Assembly: GCA_040222015.1 (NCBI GenBank)
Contig: JAVJWO010000211.1
Coordinates: 29,011-93,010 of the forward strand
Direction: 5' to 3'
DNA length: 64,000 bases
Origin: Coleofasciculus chthonoplastes F2-STO-03
Lineage (GTDB): Bacteria > Cyanobacteriota > Cyanobacteriia > Cyanobacteriales > Coleofasciculaceae
The stretch's first letter is position 1; each line of letters opens with the position of its first letter. This document shows, one piece after another, positions 48,331 to 59,973 of this stretch. Made by a program: the position numbers and the translations under genes. The notes under the pieces are model-generated. The model ran no database searches and was not told the DNA's origin. It was given only the letters and a program-made list of their open reading frames with translations.

Positions 48331-48711
48331 TTGAACTATAGCCCTATGGTTCACCGTGAGGTAACGATGACTTCAAAAGATCTAATCTTACAAGAAATGG
48401 GAGAGGTTCCAGAGCCAATCTTGGCTGAGGTTCTGGACTTTTTGCGCTTTTTGAAAGCAACGCGACTTCAAACACCTCAAACAGTAACGATTGTTTCTTC
48501 AGCCGGGGAAACTAAGGTGGCTTTAGACTCATTGAAGCAGGAACTCCCAGAAATATCATGGCAAAGCGATTTAGCCAAGAACCCGATGGAGCAAGTCCGC
48601 CAAGAGTTAATCCTAGCACTTAGGAATAGCGGCTACAGTTCCTCAGAATCGATTGTCGGGTTAGTTCGCGACGTTAAGAGAGAGATGCTGGCTGAAGGGG
48701 AATCCCACTGA
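48331..48711 (+). CDS. DUF2281-like putative antitoxin
   Basis: ILQEMGEVPEPILAEVLDFLRFLK motif; precedes a PIN-like fragment. Confidence 0.65.
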   Translation: MNYSPMVHREVTMTSKDLILQEMGEVPEPILAEVLDFLRFLKATRLQTPQTVTIVSSAGETKVALDSLKQELPEISWQSDLAKNPMEQVRQELILALRNSGYSSSESIVGLVRDVKREMLAEGESH

Positions 48712-48712
48712 G

Positions 48713-48862
48713 ATGGCTATACCATCACGAGTCTTTCTAGATACCAATGTCTATATTGTGGCTCTTGAATTCAAGATTATTGATCGGCATGGTGATGTTG
48801 GGTTTCAGGCTTCCAACCAACCGACGAGGCGAGCGATCGCACTCTATTCCCAAATATTATAA
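48713..48862 (+). pseudogene. Truncated PIN-domain (VapC-like) toxin
   Basis: MAIPSRVFLDTNVYIVAL, then loses similarity and stops just after a HIP1 site. Confidence 0.6.
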
Positions 48863-49605
48863 CCATGCGATCGCACTTTCTCCCTTCAACCTCACCCAAA
48901 CGCGATTGCCTTCGGCACAAGGGTCGCTTATCGCACTCCTGTTATGCCACCCTTGCCAATTCTCCCACCAACTTGGGGATATGCGCCCTGTCGGGGATGT
49001 TACGATTTTTTTCAATCAGCGCGATCGCACTTTCTCCCCTCAACCTAACCCAAACGCGATCGCACTCTCTCCTTTCAACCTAACCTAAACAGCGATCGCA
49101 CTCTATTCCAAAATTAAATCACCCCGCGATCGCATCCCATCTCCTCAACCGAATCACTACGCGAATTCCCTCGTAGCCGTTAGCATACGTATTTATCACT
49201 CCAATCATATTTATTCGTATTGTGCCTCTTGGTACCAATCGCTACCGCCACAGGAGTAACTGTACCTGGCTGCTCGTCGTATCGGAACCTGAAACCAAAT
49301 TCGTTTGTTTCTCTATTAAGTACCGCCTAACCCACCCTACGGGTTAAGATTAATCTTGGTCTATAGGACGGCACATTTTCCCATGATATAAAAGTACCGA
49401 AAACCACAGCAAAAGTCAAGAGTTAATTCGACTTTTTTCGGGACTTATTTTATGGGTTAGGCAGGCTGTAAATGCGAGTCGCTGAACTATCGTTAAGGGA
49501 CAATCCTTTAATCTATGGGGCGCATATCGCCAATAAGACAGACAAACCCCGACAAGTTCAGCGATCGCACCCATTCATCACCAACCCAGGACAAATGACA
49601 AATGA

Positions 49606-51333
49606 CTAATAATGATTCCCCACCTTACGATGATGTACCGCCGTCATCGCATCCGTCTTAGAAACTCGTCCCGCCGAAACTGTGGCATAAATAGTCCAGT
49701 GATCGCCACAATCTAAGCGGCTTTTCACTTCACATTCCATATAGGCTAAAGCATCAGCTAAAATCGGAGAACCATTGCTGGCAGAATAGGTTTTAATCCC
49801 CTCAAAACGGTTTGCACCGGGCGGGAAACGCTTGAGGAAATGCTTCATCAGCCCTTGATAACTTCCGGCTTCCAAGACATTAAGAACAAAGCGATCGCCC
49901 ACATACAAAAACGACTCGATCGCCCGATCCTTTGCCACCGCCACCGATACGCCCAGGGGTTTAAATGACGCTTGCGCTACCCACGACGCTACCATCGCAC
50001 TGCTGATATTCCCCTTTTTGGCAGTAATAACATAGAGCCCACTGCTGATTCGCCCCAAGGCTTTATCCAAATCACTATCCAGGGACTTCGTTTGCTTAAT
50101 CGTGCGATCGCGTGACAGCCATTGTCCTAAATCCGTCCCCGCTTCTTCACATAACTGATAAACCCGTTCATTCGGTGTATCTTTGACTAAAATCGGCGGG
50201 AATCCTGGCGTTAGTCCTAAATCCCGAAACTTATTCACCAACAGATACGCCGATTCACTCTCAAGAGCCCCCGATTCAAACACACCAAACGACTGCTTCG
50301 GATTCGTCGCCCCCAAAATTGTACCCATCGCGGTTTGGGCGACAGCAGCAACGTCTCCCGTCGTCGGCGGTGTACCCATCACCACCCCAGACGCAATACT
50401 CATCAATTCCTTAATCTCTTGCGGATCAGCCGATCGCAAGTCCATCATATCCACCGCCACTCCGGTTTTGGTAATTCCATGGGCAATCGCTTGGGAGAGG
50501 CGATCGCTATATCCGTAATCAGAGATGTAAAATACAGCAACGGTGGTGTCAGCTTTTGCCTGTTCCTCACTCCAGCGACGATACCGTCCCGTGAGTTCAC
50601 TCAGATTGTGATAGAGTAAGGGACCATGACCTGTAGCAATCGTGCTAATTTCGGGTAACTTGTCCATCCGTTTCAGGGCGGATAGCACCGAACGGGCATT
50701 GGGACCCATTAAACAGTCATAGTAATATTTAAAATCGGCTTCGAGCAGGTCTAAATCTTCATCAAACGTGTAATCATCACAATAGTGCATCCCAAAAGCA
50801 TCACAGGTAAACAGAACCTGGGTTTTGGTATCATAGGTGAAAATCGTATCGGGCCAATGGAGATTCGGGGCAATTACGGCTTCCAGGATATGCCCATTTC
50901 CCAAATCAACGCGATCGCCATTTTTGACGATTTGCGATTGAAACGGCTGATTCACCCAATTTTCCAGGAATTGGATCGCCACTTTTGACCCAACCACCGT
51001 AATATTGGGGGCAAGTGCCAGAATATCTTTAACTAAGCCACTGTGATCCGGTTCTGTGTGGCTAACTACCAGATAATCTAATCTGGCTGGGTCAATTAAT
51101 CCCGTCAATGTATCGAGATAGAGTTGGCGAAACTTTTCATGAGACGTATCCACCAACGCCGTTTTTTCACTCTGAATCAGGAACGAGTTATAGGTCGTAC
51201 CATTCTGTAACCCAAATTCTATATCAAAGCGATCGCGATCCCAATCCAGCGATCGGATTGCTATGGTATCCGGGGCAATTTCGGCGGTTTGCATCGTCAA
51301 CCGACGCTGAATTCCCTCTGCTACTGCGACCAT
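49606..51333 (-). CDS. flv3: Flavodiiron protein (Flv3-like; diflavin flavoprotein)
   Basis: RSLDWDRDRFDIEFGLQNGTTYNS, SHTEPDHSG, LHWPD, C-terminal flavin reductase AVHHRKVGNHY. Confidence 0.85.
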   Translation of the reverse strand: MVAVAEGIQRRLTMQTAEIAPDTIAIRSLDWDRDRFDIEFGLQNGTTYNSFLIQSEKTALVDTSHEKFRQLYLDTLTGLIDPARLDYLVVSHTEPDHSGLVKDILALAPNITVVGSKVAIQFLENWVNQPFQSQIVKNGDRVDLGNGHILEAVIAPNLHWPDTIFTYDTKTQVLFTCDAFGMHYCDDYTFDEDLDLLEADFKYYYDCLMGPNARSVLSALKRMDKLPEISTIATGHGPLLYHNLSELTGRYRRWSEEQAKADTTVAVFYISDYGYSDRLSQAIAHGITKTGVAVDMMDLRSADPQEIKELMSIASGVVMGTPPTTGDVAAVAQTAMGTILGATNPKQSFGVFESGALESESAYLLVNKFRDLGLTPGFPPILVKDTPNERVYQLCEEAGTDLGQWLSRDRTIKQTKSLDSDLDKALGRISSGLYVITAKKGNISSAMVASWVAQASFKPLGVSVAVAKDRAIESFLYVGDRFVLNVLEAGSYQGLMKHFLKRFPPGANRFEGIKTYSASNGSPILADALAYMECEVKSRLDCGDHWTIYATVSAGRVSKTDAMTAVHHRKVGNHY

Positions 51334-51578
51334 CCGTTGTCTCCTTTCTTATATCAACTTCATTTACTCTGCTTTTTAATCATCTTTACATATCAATTCA
51401 AAGTTTGAGATTTAAATCGTTTATACAAAAGATTAAAACAGTATTCAGCAAGTCCTAAACAGACGAGGTGCGGTGCGATCAGGTGATGAGTTAGGCTCGA
51501 TCACGAGAACCCTGTCCCGATTCAGGTGACGTTGAGGGAGAGGGGTGATATCGCGGACTCGATTAAAATCCAGGTATT

Positions 51579-51767
51579 TTGCTGATGAAGGAGTATAAAA
51601 CGGCGGAACGGTTGAAGCAGGATTATTGGTTGTATGTGGTGTTTAATTGTGCCACTACGCCAGAGGTGCATCCGATACAAAACCCAGTAACATTAGGATG
51701 GGAACCGTTGGTTAAAATTGAGCATTATCACGTTTCGGCTGAGAAACTATTAGAGGTAGAGGAATAG
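51579..51767 (+). pseudogene. C-terminal fragment of a DUF3883-type (NOV_C) protein
   Basis: EYKTAERLKQDYWLYVVFNC motif, with no upstream body. Confidence 0.6.
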
Positions 51768-51779
51768 CGGGTATCTTTT

Positions 51780-51863
51780 ATGCAATTACAGACACAAAAA
51801 CGCTACTACACCCCAGAAGAATACTTGGAACTAGAGGAGAAAGCGGAGTATAAGCATGAATAG
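51780..51863 (+). pseudogene. N-terminal fragment of Uma2-family endonuclease
   Basis: MQLQTQKRYYTPEEYLELEEKAEYKHE*. Confidence 0.7.
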
Positions 51864-52165
51864 GATGCAGTTCCGTATACATCTGCTTGCGGATCATTTC
51901 ATCACGCGCCCACCACTCAACCGTTAACGGATCATTCACGACTGAACTCACTCACCTCTGTCGTAAGTAAAATTTGTCAATCGGAAACAGGCAAATGCAA
52001 TCCTTCAACTGATTTAACCCCAGCCAATAACGCTTGGCAGCAGGTGAAATCCCCCTTTAATAAGAGAATAATTTGCTGAATTTTCTAACTATCAAGGGAT
52101 GCAGAAAACCCCGGAACAGAGCGAACCTAGTATTAGATGAGTTGTTTAATAAAGGTCTATACGCT

Positions 52166-52765
52166 ATGTTCTATCAAAATTCACAAACGTCAAAAAACTC
52201 CCTGACACGAGGGCTATCTGTGCTAGCGGCTGGTTCTGCATTGGTGTTCGGTACACCGTTGCTTGTACCTGAGGTGGCACAGGCTCAAAACCAGATGGTA
52301 GTCGCTCAGACGGCTACTATTCCAGCAACGAGCGCTCAAAGCCAGACGCTACATTTGAATAATGACAAAGTTTATTCGTACAATCTGGAAGTTGCCCGTG
52401 GCACCACTGTCGATGGTATGTATATTCCTGCTGGTGCAACTATTTTGGGTCGCTATGAACCAGCGAGTGGGGGATTACGCTATGTGGCGACAGGCGTGAG
52501 AATGAACGGTCGCACCTACAATCTTGATGCTACCTCAGAAGTGATTGAAGACCAAAAAGACCCACGGGACACCTCCGCCGGATCAATCGCAGAAGATGCG
52601 GCAGTCGGTGCTGCTGGTGGGGCGATATTAGGTGAAGTTTTCGGCGATGCGGACATTGAAGAAATCATTGGCGGTGCTGTTGCTGGTGGTGTCACTGGTA
52701 ATGTTACGGCTGACCGAGTGGTTGTGATAGAACCGGAGGAAACGATTATCCTTTACAGCAGCTAG
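52166..52765 (+). CDS. Secreted hypothetical protein with glycine-zipper C-terminus
   Basis: Signal-like segment, IPAGATILGRYEP, AAVGAAGGAILG. Confidence 0.78.
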   Translation: MFYQNSQTSKNSLTRGLSVLAAGSALVFGTPLLVPEVAQAQNQMVVAQTATIPATSAQSQTLHLNNDKVYSYNLEVARGTTVDGMYIPAGATILGRYEPASGGLRYVATGVRMNGRTYNLDATSEVIEDQKDPRDTSAGSIAEDAAVGAAGGAILGEVFGDADIEEIIGGAVAGGVTGNVTADRVVVIEPEETIILYSS

Positions 52766-52904
52766 AGCGTCGGTTCAGTAAAATAACTTGACAGAACGTG
52801 CAAAGTCTGCATAATTTTAGAGGCAAGCATTGGGGTAAACCGATCAAGTCACTCCTCAAAGGCTTGCCAATTAATCTAGCTCATGCGATCGCGCTCCCGA
52901 ATGC

Positions 52905-53087
52905 TCAACTCCAGTATGTATCGTCTGAGTCTGACTCTTGGTCAGCAGAAGCGGTTTGATTTCGTACCTCGGTGTCTTGGTCATCGCCTGAACCCTGTCG
53001 GATTTGACGACATCTAGAAAGGAGTTCTTCAAGATTTTCTTCCATATTTTTTAGATCAAGTAGCTGGAGTTGGTTAGAAAAGGACAT
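52905..53087 (-). CDS. Small hypothetical protein
   Basis: 60-aa ORF with ATG start; amphipathic helix and acidic tail. Confidence 0.4.
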   Translation of the reverse strand: MSFSNQLQLLDLKNMEENLEELLSRCRQIRQGSGDDQDTEVRNQTASADQESDSDDTYWS

Positions 53088-53343
53088 TTTTTTAATTCTC
53101 TTAACTGTTTACCCTTGCCTATTTCCAGTATTCCAGACTGACTAAGAAATTCAGTGTATTACCTGTGTTTTTTTTGTAAAGTTATCGCTAAAAAATGATA
53201 AAGTTAATAATTTTCAATAAAATTTAATTCGATTATTCTTTCAATAATTAGATAAATCAAACTTAAATAATATGTTGTCCATAGAGAATTTTGCTGTGGT
53301 CTTTGCCCTCAATAGGGTATTTCCCAAATACCTATCGTTTCGG

Positions 53344-54159
53344 CTATACATCTTCGCCTGCAAGATTCTTAGTTATAGCCACAAAATTAATTCCAAAAAA
53401 AATTAAGTGGCGATCGGCAACAAGATCAGGATAAAATTTAGGAGAACGACTATGTAAATAGTCGAGTAATAAGTCAGCGTCTCCACCCGTTAAAGCAATT
53501 GGGCTGTTAGGGAAGCGATGCAACCAATCGGCAATAAACTCTCGAATTCCTGCTAATAGAGTATAAATAACGCCACTTTCAATCGCGGTCAAGGTATCTA
53601 TCGCCCAACGGTTAGGTAATTGGCGCTTAAGTGAGATAGACGGTAAGGCGGCTGTGTTGTGGGCTAAGGATTCGAGTTGTAATTTGAGTCCGGGTAAAAT
53701 AGCGCCGCCGACAAGATGGCGATGATCATCGACACCAGTAAAGGTTAACGCTGTCCCCGCATCAATCACCAGCACGGGATAATTATAGGTTTCCCCCGCC
53801 CCTAACACAGCCAGGGCGCGATCAATGCCCAAGGTGGGATAGACGCCTAAAAGCGGTACATCCTCTAGAGTAATAACGTGGGCAACTGGATAAGTTTGCC
53901 ACAATGGAGTTTGCTCAGGAATGACTGAAGCGATATAAAGGGGTAGGTATGGATTGGAAGAGTACCAAGAAAGGAAAGGTTTACCGAAGATAGTAGTAGG
54001 TAGAAGACCAGATGTCCAGTGTTGGATGATCGATTCCACCTCGGCTGCTGGGAAATGCTGGGTATCCCAAGCCTCTTGGAGAGTATCTCCCACAAACCAA
54101 GCCCAGTGCAGCCGAGAGTTACCAATCATCAATGCGACATAGTGGTCTTGGAGATTCAT
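53344..54159 (-). CDS. coaX: Type III pantothenate kinase
   Basis: LMIGNSRLHW, TLGIDRAL, VIDAGTALT, GGAILPG, LTGGD. Confidence 0.93.
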   Translation of the reverse strand: MNLQDHYVALMIGNSRLHWAWFVGDTLQEAWDTQHFPAAEVESIIQHWTSGLLPTTIFGKPFLSWYSSNPYLPLYIASVIPEQTPLWQTYPVAHVITLEDVPLLGVYPTLGIDRALAVLGAGETYNYPVLVIDAGTALTFTGVDDHRHLVGGAILPGLKLQLESLAHNTAALPSISLKRQLPNRWAIDTLTAIESGVIYTLLAGIREFIADWLHRFPNSPIALTGGDADLLLDYLHSRSPKFYPDLVADRHLIFFGINFVAITKNLAGEDV

Positions 54160-54517
54160 GGTCAGTTAGAATTGCTTAGACGTTGAGGATTAAAAATGGG
54201 ATAGGTTGAATGTATACCATTGGCTGCCATAAAAGTTTCAAAATTACCGATGACCAATTCTGTTAGATGTTTGACTTAATCCCGATTCACTTCTAAAAGC
54301 AGCAGTTGATCTCCTAAATCCCCAAAAGCATTGATTGGCTGATCTACCCATTATTAATCAACTGCATCTATTGTTAGGGAAGGGAATAATCTGCCCAATT
54401 ATAGGTTGATCCTGATCAGGCGCAAATGCGATAAGTAATTAGATCCATCTTACGGCTTAGGAAAAAGGTTGCCTTTAGCTTGAGTATTTTATAGTGATGG
54501 AGTAAGGAGGTTCACCC

Positions 54518-56641
54518 ATGTATGTACCCGTTTGGCCCGGTAAAAGTTACCCTTTAGGAGCAACCTGGGATGGTAAAGGCACAAATTTTGCCTTGTTCAG
54601 TGAAAACGCAACGGCTGTCGAGCTTTGTTTATTCGATGATGAGGATGAGGAGACACGCTTCGAGTTGACGGAAGTCAGCAACTTCGTCTGGCATGGTTAT
54701 TTACCGGGTATTGGTCCAGGACAACGGTACGGTTTCCGCGTCCATGGTCCCTTTGCACCGGAGGAGGGTCATCGCTTCAATCCCAATAAAATGCTCATTG
54801 ACCCTTATGCTAAGGCATTGGATGGCGAGATTGGCTACGGGGAGGAAATCTTTGGTTATCCGTGGGACGATCCAGAGAAAGACTTGGTATTGTCTGAAAT
54901 TGATGATGCTCATCTGGTTCCCAAATCTGTCGTTGTCGATGAATCCTTTGACTGGGAAGAGGACGAACTGCTGCAACGACAGGCTCACGAAACGATTATT
55001 TACGAAACCCATGTTAGGGGCTTCACTAAGCTAAACCCAGACATCCCCGAACCCCTACGCGGAACTTATGCGGGACTCGCGCATCCTGCCGCGATCGCGT
55101 ATCTTCAGACGTTGGGGATTACGGCAGTAGAATTGCTCCCGGTGCATCACTTCTTGTCCCAACCCGGACATTTAGTGGATAAAGGGTTAAAAAATTACTG
55201 GGGGTATGATTCTATCGCCTATCTCGCGCCCCATGCTAACTACAGCGCCAGTGGCACCCAAGGGGAACAGGTGCGTGAGTTTAAGGAAATGGTCAAGGCG
55301 CTACATAAAGCGGGGATTGAGGTGATTCTGGATGTCGTTTACAATCATACGGGCGAAGGCAATCATCTCGGTCCCACGCTTTCCCTGCGCGGCATTGACA
55401 ATGTGGCATACTACCGTCTCATGGAAGATGACCCTCGCTACTACATGGATTTTACCGGGTGTGGTAATTCCCTGAACGTGCGTCATCCCCAAGTCCTGAA
55501 GCTAATTATGGACAGCCTGCGGTATTGGGTGCTACAGATGCATGTGGATGGCTTCCGCTTTGACTTAGCCTCGGCGTTGGCGCGAGAACTCTATGAGGTG
55601 GATAGTCTGGCGGCATTCTTTGATATTATTCACCAAGACCCGGTTCTGTGCAATGTGAAGCTGATTGCTGAACCCTGGGATGTGGGTATGGGCGGCTATC
55701 AAGTGGGTAAATTCCCTTTGTTGTGGTCCGAGTGGAATGGGCAATATCGGGATACCGTGCGCGACTTTTGGCGTGGTGAAGATAGTAGTTTAGCCGAATT
55801 TGCCTATCGCTTTACCGGAAGTTCTGACTTGTATGAGTCCAACGGACGCCGACCGAGTGCTAGCATTAACTTCATTACCGCCCATGATGGGTTTACCCTG
55901 AATGACATCGTAAGTTACAACGAAAAGCATAACGAGGCAAATGGGGAAGAAAACCGGGATGGGGAAAGTCATAACCGTTCCTGGAATTGTGGGGCGGAAG
56001 GCGAAACCGATGACCCAGAAATTCTCCAGTTAAGGAATAGACAGCGGCGCAACTTTTTGGTAGCGTTGATGCTATCCCAAGGCGTCCCCATGCTACTAGG
56101 CGGCGATGAAATTGGGCGATCGCAAGGGGGGAATAATAATGCCTACTGTCAGGATAGTGAAATCTCCTGGTTTGATTGGGATTTACCGGAGGAAAATGCC
56201 TCTCTTCTCGACTTTACCCGTCAACTGATCTATTTCCGCCGCCAGCATCCGACATTCCGGCGACGCAAGTGGTTTCTCGGTCGAGCGATTCACGGTTCTA
56301 GCGTTAAGGATATTAGTTGGTTCAACCCCGATGGCGGCGATATGACCGAGGATCAATGGATGGCGGGGTATACCAAGGCGATCGGTATTTTCTTAAATGG
56401 TGAAGAAATTGCCACGCCGGGAGAGGAGGGGGAACGAGTCATGGATGAGAGTTTCTTCATCTGCTTCAATGCTCACTATGAGATGATTGAATTTACGCTC
56501 CCCCCAGGATTGCAAGCCAGAGAATGGGTGGTGGTGATTGACACCGACAAGCCTCGCTTTGTCGAGGAAGAAATCATCTATACCGAGGATAAGCCGATTC
56601 CAGTTATCGCGCGATCGATGATGGTGTTACGACGGCGATAA
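54518..56641 (+). CDS. glgX: Glycogen debranching enzyme (isoamylase)
   Basis: [48 protein letters not shown]. Confidence 0.96.
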   Translation: MYVPVWPGKSYPLGATWDGKGTNFALFSENATAVELCLFDDEDEETRFELTEVSNFVWHGYLPGIGPGQRYGFRVHGPFAPEEGHRFNPNKMLIDPYAKALDGEIGYGEEIFGYPWDDPEKDLVLSEIDDAHLVPKSVVVDESFDWEEDELLQRQAHETIIYETHVRGFTKLNPDIPEPLRGTYAGLAHPAAIAYLQTLGITAVELLPVHHFLSQPGHLVDKGLKNYWGYDSIAYLAPHANYSASGTQGEQVREFKEMVKALHKAGIEVILDVVYNHTGEGNHLGPTLSLRGIDNVAYYRLMEDDPRYYMDFTGCGNSLNVRHPQVLKLIMDSLRYWVLQMHVDGFRFDLASALARELYEVDSLAAFFDIIHQDPVLCNVKLIAEPWDVGMGGYQVGKFPLLWSEWNGQYRDTVRDFWRGEDSSLAEFAYRFTGSSDLYESNGRRPSASINFITAHDGFTLNDIVSYNEKHNEANGEENRDGESHNRSWNCGAEGETDDPEILQLRNRQRRNFLVALMLSQGVPMLLGGDEIGRSQGGNNNAYCQDSEISWFDWDLPEENASLLDFTRQLIYFRRQHPTFRRRKWFLGRAIHGSSVKDISWFNPDGGDMTEDQWMAGYTKAIGIFLNGEEIATPGEEGERVMDESFFICFNAHYEMIEFTLPPGLQAREWVVVIDTDKPRFVEEEIIYTEDKPIPVIARSMMVLRRR

Positions 56642-56694
56642 GTAGAGACGCGCCATGGCGCGTCTCTACCTGTGCTGAAAAATGCTGTATAGCA

Positions 56695-56802
56695 CCCGAC
56701 ATTGTCTCTGCACTGCGGAGACAATTGACCTGGACACACATCAAAACCCTGATGTATATCGATGATCCCCTAAAACGAGACTTCTACATCGAAATTTGTC
56801 GC
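56695..56802 (+). pseudogene. Internal fragment of DUF1016 (YhcG-like) gene
   Basis: IVSALRRQLTWTHIKTLMYIDDPLKRDFYIEICR, with no in-frame start. Confidence 0.65.
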
Positions 56803-57110
56803 TTTAATTGTGTCCATCTACTTATAAACACAAATAATGCCATCATTGTGTAGGGGCGACCCGCTTGCACCAATGAACAACTTTATCCATTCAATTTACT
56901 CGGGTCGCCCTGTCTTCTAAGCAAGCGTTACAACAAAAAGAATCGAATGCAAATTAATAAAATTGTAGGGTGCGTTAGCGCAGCGTAACGCACCATCTTA
57001 CTACTAAATTGCAGTTACTCGCTCGGTGGGCAAGAGCAACAAACGATAACATCGGCATTTCAATGTTTATAGTCTTGCCCACCCTACAATAAAACGAGAT
57101 GGATAACCGA

Positions 57111-57821
57111 TTACATCTCGCGTACTAGGGGTTTCCCATCTTTCACTTCACCGACTAGCACCACATTAGCCACACCGACAAATAAACCATTCTCTAAAAC
57201 ACCAGGAATATTATTAATCGTCTTTTCTAATTCACCTGGATTATCAATCGAATCAAAGGTAACATCAATCACCATATTTCCCTGATCGGTTACCACGGGT
57301 CCCGCTTTCTTGACCCCCATCCGCAATTCGGGTTTGCCCCCCAGTTTCTCAAGCGCCCGCATCACTGGGACATACGCCATCGGAATAACTTCTACAGGCA
57401 GTTTAAACGTGGAACCCAGCCGATCAACCAGCTTACCACTATCAACAACCACAATAAATTGAGCAGCGAGAGAATCCACCACTTTCTCACGAGTATGTGC
57501 TGCACCACCGCCTTTAATCAAATTCTTTTGCGGATCAACTTCATCAGCGCCATCAATGGCAACATCAATATGATCCACCGCATCTAAGCTAGTTAAGGGA
57601 ATACCATGCTCTTTCGCTAACACTTCTGCCTGAAATGATGTGGGAATTCCCTTAATATCTTTCAGATCACCTTTTTTGATGCGATCGCCGATATACTGAA
57701 TCGCATACGCCGTGGTTGAACCTGTACCTAAGCCAACAATTGTCCCGGATTGCACCCGTTCAGCCGCTGCTTTACCGACTTCTTGCTTCATCACCTTAAC
57801 GGGGTCAGTTTCTGCACTCAT
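57111..57821 (-). CDS. rpiA: Ribose-5-phosphate isomerase A
   Basis: [39 protein letters not shown]. Confidence 0.96.
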   Translation of the reverse strand: MSAETDPVKVMKQEVGKAAAERVQSGTIVGLGTGSTTAYAIQYIGDRIKKGDLKDIKGIPTSFQAEVLAKEHGIPLTSLDAVDHIDVAIDGADEVDPQKNLIKGGGAAHTREKVVDSLAAQFIVVVDSGKLVDRLGSTFKLPVEVIPMAYVPVMRALEKLGGKPELRMGVKKAGPVVTDQGNMVIDVTFDSIDNPGELEKTINNIPGVLENGLFVGVANVVLVGEVKDGKPLVREM

Positions 57822-58015
57822 ACTAAAATGTCCTTCTTGGTTATGAATTACTGGGGATTGGGCTTATGTCATCGTTGGTTTAACGATGCCCAGATTTCAG
57901 GGTGTCACCCCAGAAGTAAGGGTATCATTGTCAGTCGGTATTTAGCGAATCAACATTATAGCTGTCGCCATAAAGTCATAAAGTTAGGACTTTCTTTAAC
58001 GGCTGAAACACCACG

Positions 58016-58121
58016 TATAGCAACCGCCATGGCTGTTAGGACACATCATTTATGTAGAGACGCGCCATGGCGCGTCTCTACAATGGTGCCGAACGTCCTA
58101 ATCGATGTGTCTATTGCTATA
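58016..58121. mobile_element. MITE with TATAGCA...TGCTATA termini and central GTAGAGACGCGCCATGGCGCGTCTCTAC palindrome
   Basis: Related copies at 22962-23155, 29919-29997 and 44723-44795; palindrome alone at 56642 and 59149. Confidence 0.75.
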
Positions 58122-58304
58122 CCAATCATAAACCTTCTGCCTTCTGCCTTTTGCTATACCTGGAATTTGGCAACAAAGACGGACACGGTAAATTGGCAGC
58201 AGAACAGACTGCGTTTACCGTGTCCTACGGTTAGCGCGGGTTGTCTAACGCCGCTTTTGTCACTAGACGAGTTCAGTGGGTTTGGCTTTTGATTCAGACA
58301 AACT

Positions 58305-58748
58305 CTAGGAATTATTCGGTTGCGCCGATAATCGTTCCTTAAGTTTTGCCAAATCATCCGCCCACCGGGGGTCAGGTTGAACTGAACCCGAATCGGGTGT
58401 TGGAGAAGAACTCCGTTTGGCTTTTTTACCCCCAGGCCGACGTCCGGGGGTACTGCCACCTCCAGATGAGCGAGGTTCCTCCTCATTGGCACTTTTTGAC
58501 TTGGGCTGGGCTTTTTCGATTTTCAAGGCACTGTCTTTAAAGACGTGACCGTTGAATTTCTCAATAATTTGCTCAGCCAACTCATCATTGGGAACGGTGA
58601 CAAAACCAAATCCGCGACATTTCCCCGTTTTGCGATCTTTAATCACTTTGGTGGAAACCGAGGGACTGGCTTCGGCAAAAATGGCTTGCAGTTCATCGCG
58701 ATCAACGGGTTCTTTTGGCAGGTTGCCAACGTAAAGACGAACGGACAT
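58305..58748 (-). CDS. RRM RNA-binding protein (long, Rbp3-like)
   Basis: MSVRLYVGNLP (RNP2), RGFGFV (RNP1), C-terminal PDPRWA motif. Confidence 0.9.
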   Translation of the reverse strand: MSVRLYVGNLPKEPVDRDELQAIFAEASPSVSTKVIKDRKTGKCRGFGFVTVPNDELAEQIIEKFNGHVFKDSALKIEKAQPKSKSANEEEPRSSGGGSTPGRRPGGKKAKRSSSPTPDSGSVQPDPRWADDLAKLKERLSAQPNNS

Positions 58749-59221
58749 GAAGGATACCTCCAGATGTGATTGAAATTTGAATCCATGAGCATACACCAGC
58801 AATTGGATTGAAACAGGATAGAGGAAAGGAATGAACGATTTCTACGTCCAGATAATTTTCCACTGATCCTGACCAACCTCAACAGCACAGACTGATGTAG
58901 TAAAATCAAACTCTTTTGACCATTTACACGGTTTAGCTACGACCCCTTTGTGAACTCTGGGTCGTCATATCAGGTTTGAAGCTAATGCTTTGGCTCGTAA
59001 CTCTAATTATTACAGAATATTTACACTATTGTTAACCTAACACGAGTTGCCGCAGGCAAGCTAGTATATCAGAAAGATTGGGGTTTTTTACCAGATGTGA
59101 GTGATTTAGCCGCTTTGTCAATGCGGTGAAGTTGGGGAAGTTGGGGAAGTAGAGACGTGCCATGGCGCGTCTGGGAGCTGAGAGAGCTGGGAGGGAAGAA
59201 ATTAAATGAGGACTTGAGGAC

Positions 59222-59962
59222 TTATCCGAGCAGTATGGGGACTCGTAAGTACAAACAGTGGCGGATACTATGAGAGAGGGGCGTGGTAAAGGATTCAACT
59301 GATGCGATCGCGCCCCCTAATGATTCAACCTTCCCCTTCAACTCATCGGTTTGCTCTTCACTCCAATGACCCCGATATAAAATCCCTAACCCTCCCGGCT
59401 TGAGAAAGGGGAAAGCGTAGCCAGCACAAGCCGATGCCGAACCCACCGCCCGAACTAGGGCAATATCATACTGTTGGCGATGCTGACGCTGTTGTCCTAA
59501 GTTTTCCGCTCGACCGACTACAGTAGTCGCATTGGGGAGAGATAACTGGGGAATCAGGGAATCAAGAAAGGTAATTTTCTTGCGGGTTGAATCCAGTAAC
59601 GTTACCAAACTTAAAGGAAGCGCGATCGCGACAGGCAATCCGGGGAATCCTGCACCCGTACCAATATCAATAATATTGAGCGGTTTCTCCTCCTCTGACA
59701 ACAGCGAAGCCACACCTCGCAACGAATCCCATAAATGTTTTTCCCAAAAATCCTCCGGTTGGGTGATGCGGGTTAAATTCAACTGGCGGTTCCCTGCCAA
59801 AATTCCAGCATACAAGTGCTGAAACTGCTGGTGTTGACTCTGATTCGGTTGCCAATTTAAGGTTTCTTGCCAAACCTCAACCATTTCCGGAAGCAGTTGT
59901 TGATCGTTCATTGGCGAATGAACAGCGATTAGTGATAACAAATGACGAATGACAAAGGACAA
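59222..59962 (-). CDS. rsmG: 16S rRNA m7G527 methyltransferase (true start probably near 59911)
   Basis: NLTRIT, KHLWDS, DIGTGAGFPG, LDSTRKK, GRAE, RAV. Confidence 0.93.
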   Translation of the reverse strand: MSFVIRHLLSLIAVHSPMNDQQLLPEMVEVWQETLNWQPNQSQHQQFQHLYAGILAGNRQLNLTRITQPEDFWEKHLWDSLRGVASLLSEEEKPLNIIDIGTGAGFPGLPVAIALPLSLVTLLDSTRKKITFLDSLIPQLSLPNATTVVGRAENLGQQRQHRQQYDIALVRAVGSASACAGYAFPFLKPGGLGILYRGHWSEEQTDELKGKVESLGGAIASVESFTTPLSHSIRHCLYLRVPILLG

Positions 59963-59973
59963 AGGACGAATGA

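Larger units (their letters stand above)
48085..49135. repeat. HIP1-delimited mosaic repeats flanking a TA-like cassette
   Basis: GCGATCGCACTCCTGTTATG...GGGGAT(A/G)TTA at ~48121, ~48215 and ~48930; GCGATCGCACTCTCTCCTTTCAACCTAACCTAAACA at ~48085 and ~49056. Confidence 0.75.

Noticed and set aside
57750..58292. 180-aa ORF on the + strand
   Set aside because: It overlaps rpiA antisense and reads through a MITE ([12 protein letters not shown]); not credible as a gene.
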